Source: Gammaproteobacteria bacterium (lineage in GTDB: Bacteria > Pseudomonadota > Gammaproteobacteria > GRL18). Taken from it: a DNA stretch of 64,000 nucleotides. Below, one piece after another: positions 59,193 to 64,000 of this stretch. Under the pieces are notes generated by a model. That model was not told the origin of the DNA. It saw nothing but the letters and a program-made list of their open reading frames with translations, and ran no database searches. The position numbers were made by a program, and so were the translations under genes. Position 1 is the first letter of the stretch; the number at the start of each line of letters is the position of its first letter. The DNA is taken from assembly GCA_016744375.1 (NCBI GenBank), contig JADGEM010000011.1, forward strand, positions 6,409-70,408, given 5' to 3'.

Positions 59193-59326
59193 GAATATTG
59201 TCTCGCATTATCTGATGTACTCCTCGACTTTCAGTATAGACACAAAAAGTTTAATATGCCATAGACTGAAATCATTTTAAGTGCTAGATTCTAAAGGGCA
59301 ATACTCAAAAAATTTAGGAGGATGTA

Positions 59327-60268
59327 ATGGCCTCACCCCACATCGCAGAGCAATTTGAACAAATTCACATTGATATTACACGCAATGCCACCGACGACTT
59401 TAATTTATTTCATGATAGTCATGGATGGTCACGAATTTTTCAAAATCCCTTTCAGGGTCCCATTGTTCTTGGTTTTCAAATTGAATCATTAATCGAGAAC
59501 AAGGTTTATCAGCATAGACAAAGCCATAACGAACTGGAAATTATTAATCAACACAAGCTAAATTTCAGTAATTATCAATTTTCATTCGCTAAAGCGATTA
59601 AAGCTCAAGAAAAAATTAACATTGATGTTAAGAAAACAATTATTTCAGAAAGTGAAAATTATACTTTAAGCAATCGTATCAGCGTAAAAACAGGTGGTAA
59701 GCTAGCATTGATCGGCTTTAAAAGAGAATCACAAAAACCGCTATTTCTAAATGAAGTCTTTCAGGGTGAACACAGCTCTGAGCATGAGATAAATACTGAT
59801 TTCACTCAACATACTGATCGAAGTTTTATAAATATAAATCAGGTTCGTTATTTTTTAAAAAAAAAATATATGAATGCAAGTAATGCAAAAAATTTTTTAT
59901 GCGGATCATTAGTTGATCAACGATTATTTTTTGATGAATTAGAGCACAAGTATCTGTTCCCTGAAATTTTCCCTTGTTCATATATTTCTTGTGCCTTGCT
60001 GGAAAAATCACTCTTTGAGCATCTTGATTTTGAAAAAAATCCAATGGTGTACAGCTCACACAAAATCAGTATCGACCGCTCATTATTAACTCTATTAAGA
60101 AGTAATCATGTTCTTAATATTATAATCACTCAACAAAAAAGCAATGACCCTAACACTCCAATTCAGTCTTATGAGTGCTATGGGCTAGTTGAAAAGAATG
60201 CTGTTCTGTTCCGGGCTATTGTCGAATTGATACCATTAGCAGCTATATTGAAAACAGTAAAGAAATAA
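59327..60268 (+). CDS. Putative double-hotdog (MaoC/R-hydratase-like) protein
   Basis: RNATDDFNLFHD..GPIVLGFQ resembles the hydratase-2 motif (GDxNPxH..G.IxHG), followed by beta-strand runs and a second similar half. Confidence 0.5.
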   Translation: MASPHIAEQFEQIHIDITRNATDDFNLFHDSHGWSRIFQNPFQGPIVLGFQIESLIENKVYQHRQSHNELEIINQHKLNFSNYQFSFAKAIKAQEKINIDVKKTIISESENYTLSNRISVKTGGKLALIGFKRESQKPLFLNEVFQGEHSSEHEINTDFTQHTDRSFININQVRYFLKKKYMNASNAKNFLCGSLVDQRLFFDELEHKYLFPEIFPCSYISCALLEKSLFEHLDFEKNPMVYSSHKISIDRSLLTLLRSNHVLNIIITQQKSNDPNTPIQSYECYGLVEKNAVLFRAIVELIPLAAILKTVKK

Positions 60269-60294
60269 TGTGCTTTGGTTGTTGTATGATGAAC

Positions 60295-61539
60295 CTATTG
60301 ATGTACACTGCCATTCACTATCGGTTTTTTTAAGAACCGAATGGATTGACTGCCATACTCAATATTTCCTTCTGTTTTCTCAAATTCCAGATTCATAACC
60401 ACATCATCCACTGGCACATGCGCTGAACGAGCAATCTGTTTCGGCCCTATTTTTGCAATGCGCACATTCGAACGTTTACGATCAGGTGTTGCTGAGTGCC
60501 ATAATTTTTTTAATTCAAATTGAATTCGAACAGCCTGCGGAGCAAAAATCTGCATCATTGCATGATCATCCATTTCCCGGAGGCGTTTTGCAAAATTACT
60601 CAGCAGCTTTCCCATATAATCAGGGTTTTCTTTTATCATTGCCAGGAGATATTTATGTGAAATGACAACCACTTCGGTATTACTGAGCGCGGTTGCTGTT
60701 GCTGAACGAGGATTATGATCAAAAATAGCCAGCTCACCAAATAATTCACCTTTTGAGAGGTTTGATAAAACCATTTCATTGCCAGAGTCATCTTTCTTGG
60801 AAATAGAGATCCACCCATCTTCAATCACGTAGGCATTTTTTGCCTTGTCTCCCTGATAAAACAGACTTTCTCCTTTTGAAAGCAGAATTCTTTCAAAAGG
60901 TGACTTTATCTTCTTATGAAACCAGATTGAATCTTTTTCTGTGTAAAAATCTCCAAAGGCCCATTTAAAAACTTTTTCAAGCGGAGCAACCATTGGTGTA
61001 AGCCTATCCCCGATGGATTCGCACCATTTTGTCTCCCCAACAACTTCAAAACCCATACGACCATAGAGGGATTGAGTTTCTTCACTTATCGATATCATCA
61101 CATGACTGCCGCCAAAGCTATGCATTGTGGCGATTGCTGTTTTCAACATGGCATGAATGATATTTCTTCTGTTTCGCCACTCTGCCTTAACGGCCAACAT
61201 ACCACTGCTCACAATGGAAGGAGTGACTTCATCTGAGCCATTATTAAGTTGAGATATTTTTTTTCTGCAGCTTGAAAAATCAAAATAAACTTCTGGAGGC
61301 AAACCAATTTCAGAGTCCTTATTGACTCTTATGCAGGCAACGGGTTCATCGTCATTGTAGGCAATAATATTGGTGGCTTTTGGTATGGTATCAAAACGAT
61401 CGACAATTCGTCCTTTGTTCTCACAAGAGCTTGAATCCAGTGAAAAGCGCCCTTTATTTACCACATACACGTCATAGCGCAACTTGAAAACATCGTCCAG
61501 CTCTTTCGCTGTATGAGCAATTTTTAATTTGATAGACAT
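60295..61539 (-). CDS. FeeM-like N-acyltransferase fused to a cNMP-binding domain and a degenerate Crp-type winged HTH
   Basis: Residues 1-190: ELDDVFKLRYDVY, RIVDRFD, LAVKAEWR, LYGRMGF. About 210-325: FYQGD..YVIEDG..FGELAI..PRSATATA. C-terminus: RIQFELKKL..IGPKQIARSAHVPVDDV..EGNIEY. Confidence 0.85.
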   Translation of the reverse strand: MSIKLKIAHTAKELDDVFKLRYDVYVVNKGRFSLDSSSCENKGRIVDRFDTIPKATNIIAYNDDEPVACIRVNKDSEIGLPPEVYFDFSSCRKKISQLNNGSDEVTPSIVSSGMLAVKAEWRNRRNIIHAMLKTAIATMHSFGGSHVMISISEETQSLYGRMGFEVVGETKWCESIGDRLTPMVAPLEKVFKWAFGDFYTEKDSIWFHKKIKSPFERILLSKGESLFYQGDKAKNAYVIEDGWISISKKDDSGNEMVLSNLSKGELFGELAIFDHNPRSATATALSNTEVVVISHKYLLAMIKENPDYMGKLLSNFAKRLREMDDHAMMQIFAPQAVRIQFELKKLWHSATPDRKRSNVRIAKIGPKQIARSAHVPVDDVVMNLEFEKTEGNIEYGSQSIRFLKKPIVNGSVHQ

Positions 61540-61668
61540 TTCTTTTATCGTCCTGATACGATTTATAATAGCGTTAACTATAAACTAGTACCTGAACAGA
61601 TTTGTTTTGGCACTAGTGGAATCTCTACCATTCCCCAAAATTTATTATTATTATTTAGGATAGAATCT

Positions 61669-63999
61669 TCATTGTAACTTATTAAATAGTATTTTGACAT
61701 TTTCTTTGTCAGAATAGGTTTTTTCTATATTTATTAAGGGCTTGAGGACTTGCAAAGCATTTTCTTTATCTCCGGACAAATAGTACGCCTGTGCCAGATG
61801 GTACTGAGTTCCATAAGCATCGGGTGATAGTTTAACTGCTTTTTTCAAAAAGCGAATACCTTCCTCTGCCTTACCCTGCTTAACCAGTATATGACCATAA
61901 GTGTCCAGAATAGTAGCTGACTCCGGAGATATTTCATACGCTTTTTTTGCAAAAACAAGTGCCTGAGGATTTTTTTCCTGAGCATAGGCCCAAGCCAGGT
62001 TATTTAGCACCAAAACATGATCAGGATTAACTTCCAGGACCTTCAAATAGTGCTTAATAGCTGAATTATACTGTTGTTTATTGAGGTAAATGCTTGCTAT
62101 TTTCAGGTGAATGACAGCATTAGTCTTATTATTGCTTAATGCCTGATCCAATAACTCCAGTGCTTCACCTTCTCTTTCAGTCTTACTCAGCAGATCTGAA
62201 AGAATCAAAGCCAGTTGATGATTTGGCTTAACTTTATAGGCCTTTTGAAAGCTGGCTATGGCTTCTTCAAATTTATTTTGTTTACGATAAATTTCCCCTT
62301 TTAGTTGAGCCCCAAAGACAAGCTCCGGAAATTTTATTTCAGCCAGGTTGGCAACATCAATTGCTTTATCAAATTTCTTCTGTTCAATATAGAAATTTGC
62401 TTTCATTAATAATGGCTTTGGACTATCAGGGCGGATACTAATCACCGTATCAAGAAGCGACATGACTTCTTCTTCACGCCACTGATCTTTAGCCAATATT
62501 GCCGCCAGGGTTAATCGATGGGTTGTATCCAGGTTGTTGTTATTTATAATCGTTTTCAGTGTTTTGACTGCTTGCTTATCTTTTTTATTAATATATTGTG
62601 CATTCGCAAGGAATGACAAAGCTAATGAATTTTCAGGGTATTCCTTTAATAACTCCTGTGCTAAAGGTATTATTTTTTCCGGTGTTCCCTGCTTAACATA
62701 CCAGTTGCTTAATACTCTTGCCATTGCTTCCATGGTACTAAAACTATAGTCTGCCTGTTTTAAGGCTTTTCTTAATTGTTTTTCTACTTCAGCAGGATCA
62801 TTCTGTTTTTCAGCAATCGAAGCCAAAGCCATGTAAGCTTTTAAATCTTTAGGGTTTAACTGGTTTATCTGATAGTAATAATTTTTTGCTGTGGACAAAT
62901 CACCTTGAGCGATTGCAAGTTCTGCCAGCCCTCCATAGGGTGGAATGTATTTATTATTTTCTTGAATAGCTCGATCATAATTTGCCTTTGCAGCTATCAT
63001 ATTTCCTTTTTTGTTTTCCACAACTGCAAGCCAATGGTACAAGGGAGCCAGTTCCTCAGGCTTTCTATTCATTAACTTTTTAATTATATCTTCTGCCTTT
63101 TGGTACTCTTTATTTTCTACATAGGTAGAAATAAGCAGGATGTATGTTTTCTTATTAACACCTTCTGAATCAACCATTTTTTCCAGGCGATTCATAGCAT
63201 TCTCAACTTCTCCAATTTTAAACTGTCCCTCAATTAATTTTTTCTGTATAACTTCATCATCTGGGGCCAGGTCATTTGCTCTTTTTAAAACATCAACGGC
63301 TTTATTGTAATCACCGGAAAGCAGATAGGCACGTCCCAATGTTGTTAAGACTGCTGAATTACTGTTTATTTTTGATTGCTCAATACCGCTCAGAATAAGG
63401 ATTGCCTGCTTAGCATTCCCTTGATCCTGTAAATAAACATTAGCCAGTATGTTCTGCACATTAATATTGTCTGGGTTCGAAGAGAGGTACTGGGTTAAAT
63501 ACTTATCTGCCTGATTGTAATTACCTTGCCCAAAGTGAGCAGCTCCCAAGATAGCCATTGACTCTAAATGATAAGGACTGACTTTTAATACATTTTGTGC
63601 AGCAACCTGAGCCTCTTTATAATTTTTTTCCTTTAACTTAATTTGAGCCAGCATATAATTTGCCTGAGGATGATTTCTTATCCGATCAAGCACAAACTGA
63701 ACATCAGTTTCAGCACCATTGAGATCATTTGATTGAATTTGGATAACGGCTCTTTTAAGATATAGGATCAGGTTATTTCCCTGCAATTTAATTAATTGAT
63801 TGTATTTTTCAAGAGCCATAGAAAAATCTTTATTTTTAACGTCGATACTTGCACTTATTTGTAGTGCTTCAGTATTCTCAGACTCAAGTTTGAACGACTT
63901 TTCAAGCCACTGACTTGCTACCTTATAATCATTTTCCTGGACTGCAATATTTGCCAGCCCATTATAGACCTGTATGTTGGCTCCAGAATCGAGCAATTC
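61669..63999 (-). CDS. prsT: PEP-CTERM system TPR-repeat protein PrsT (5' end outside window)
   Basis: More than 15 TPR-like repeats ending LNNLAWAY..ALVFAKKAYE..LDTYGHIL..QYHLAQAY; the reading frame is open to the window edge. Confidence 0.9.
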   Translation of the reverse strand, partial: ELLDSGANIQVYNGLANIAVQENDYKVASQWLEKSFKLESENTEALQISASIDVKNKDFSMALEKYNQLIKLQGNNLILYLKRAVIQIQSNDLNGAETDVQFVLDRIRNHPQANYMLAQIKLKEKNYKEAQVAAQNVLKVSPYHLESMAILGAAHFGQGNYNQADKYLTQYLSSNPDNINVQNILANVYLQDQGNAKQAILILSGIEQSKINSNSAVLTTLGRAYLLSGDYNKAVDVLKRANDLAPDDEVIQKKLIEGQFKIGEVENAMNRLEKMVDSEGVNKKTYILLISTYVENKEYQKAEDIIKKLMNRKPEELAPLYHWLAVVENKKGNMIAAKANYDRAIQENNKYIPPYGGLAELAIAQGDLSTAKNYYYQINQLNPKDLKAYMALASIAEKQNDPAEVEKQLRKALKQADYSFSTMEAMARVLSNWYVKQGTPEKIIPLAQELLKEYPENSLALSFLANAQYINKKDKQAVKTLKTIINNNNLDTTHRLTLAAILAKDQWREEEVMSLLDTVISIRPDSPKPLLMKANFYIEQKKFDKAIDVANLAEIKFPELVFGAQLKGEIYRKQNKFEEAIASFQKAYKVKPNHQLALILSDLLSKTEREGEALELLDQALSNNKTNAVIHLKIASIYLNKQQYNSAIKHYLKVLEVNPDHVLVLNNLAWAYAQEKNPQALVFAKKAYEISPESATILDTYGHILVKQGKAEEGIRFLKKAVKLSPDAYGTQYHLAQAYYLSGDKENALQVLKPLINIEKTYSDKENVKILFNKLQ

Positions 64000-64000
64000 T

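Noticed and set aside
61608-61623. TGGCAC resembling a sigma-54 -24 element
   Set aside because: No TTGC at -12, and it points antisense into prsT.
341-62749. Numerous 60-160 aa ORFs overlapping or antisense to larger genes
   Set aside because: They lie inside well-supported CDSs and show no recognisable motifs or RBS; treated as shadow ORFs.
1-64000. rRNA, tRNA, CRISPR arrays, prophage or integrase genes
   Set aside because: None seen; intergenic gaps are short and lack the expected structures.

Overview
AT-rich, gammaproteobacterial-looking window filled by one exosortase A (XrtA)/PEP-CTERM locus. Positions 66-49354 form a mosaic Wzx/Wzy-type exopolysaccharide cluster. It holds xrtA, a Wza exporter, a split Wzc (chain-length protein plus tyrosine kinase), the XrtA-associated beta-barrel, ATPase and deacetylase, tviB/tviC and a uronate 4-epimerase. 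It also holds 7 GT2, 5 GT4 and 1 GT-C glycosyltransferases, two flippases, an O-antigen ligase/polymerase and many tailoring enzymes (sulfotransferase, pyruvyltransferase, MBOAT plus SGNH partner, methyltransferase, ATP-grasp, CapA-like, two CapK-like, QueC-like, GNAT, nitroreductase). Most genes are on the minus strand; two plus-strand cassettes each carry their own flippase. Positions 49486-61539 are the best candidate for an undescribed system. A sigma-54-driven THxN PEP-CTERM gene is flanked on one side by an MMPL / SPOR-beta-barrel / LolA-like export triad. On the other side is a putative lipid-metabolite module: nitroreductase-like, ThiF adenylyltransferase, exosortase-associated N-acyltransferase, stand-alone cNMP-binding protein, double-hotdog protein, and a FeeM-like N-acyltransferase fused to a Crp-like module. 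This resembles a split, cyclic-nucleotide-gated N-acyl amino acid/oxazolone pathway. prsT runs off the right edge. Small-scale features include a decayed GT2 pseudogene, an IS4 remnant, a duplicated RBS/start creating a uORF, and in-frame tandem repeats. I saw no rRNA, tRNA or CRISPR array. All family calls come from motif recognition by eye; no database search was run.
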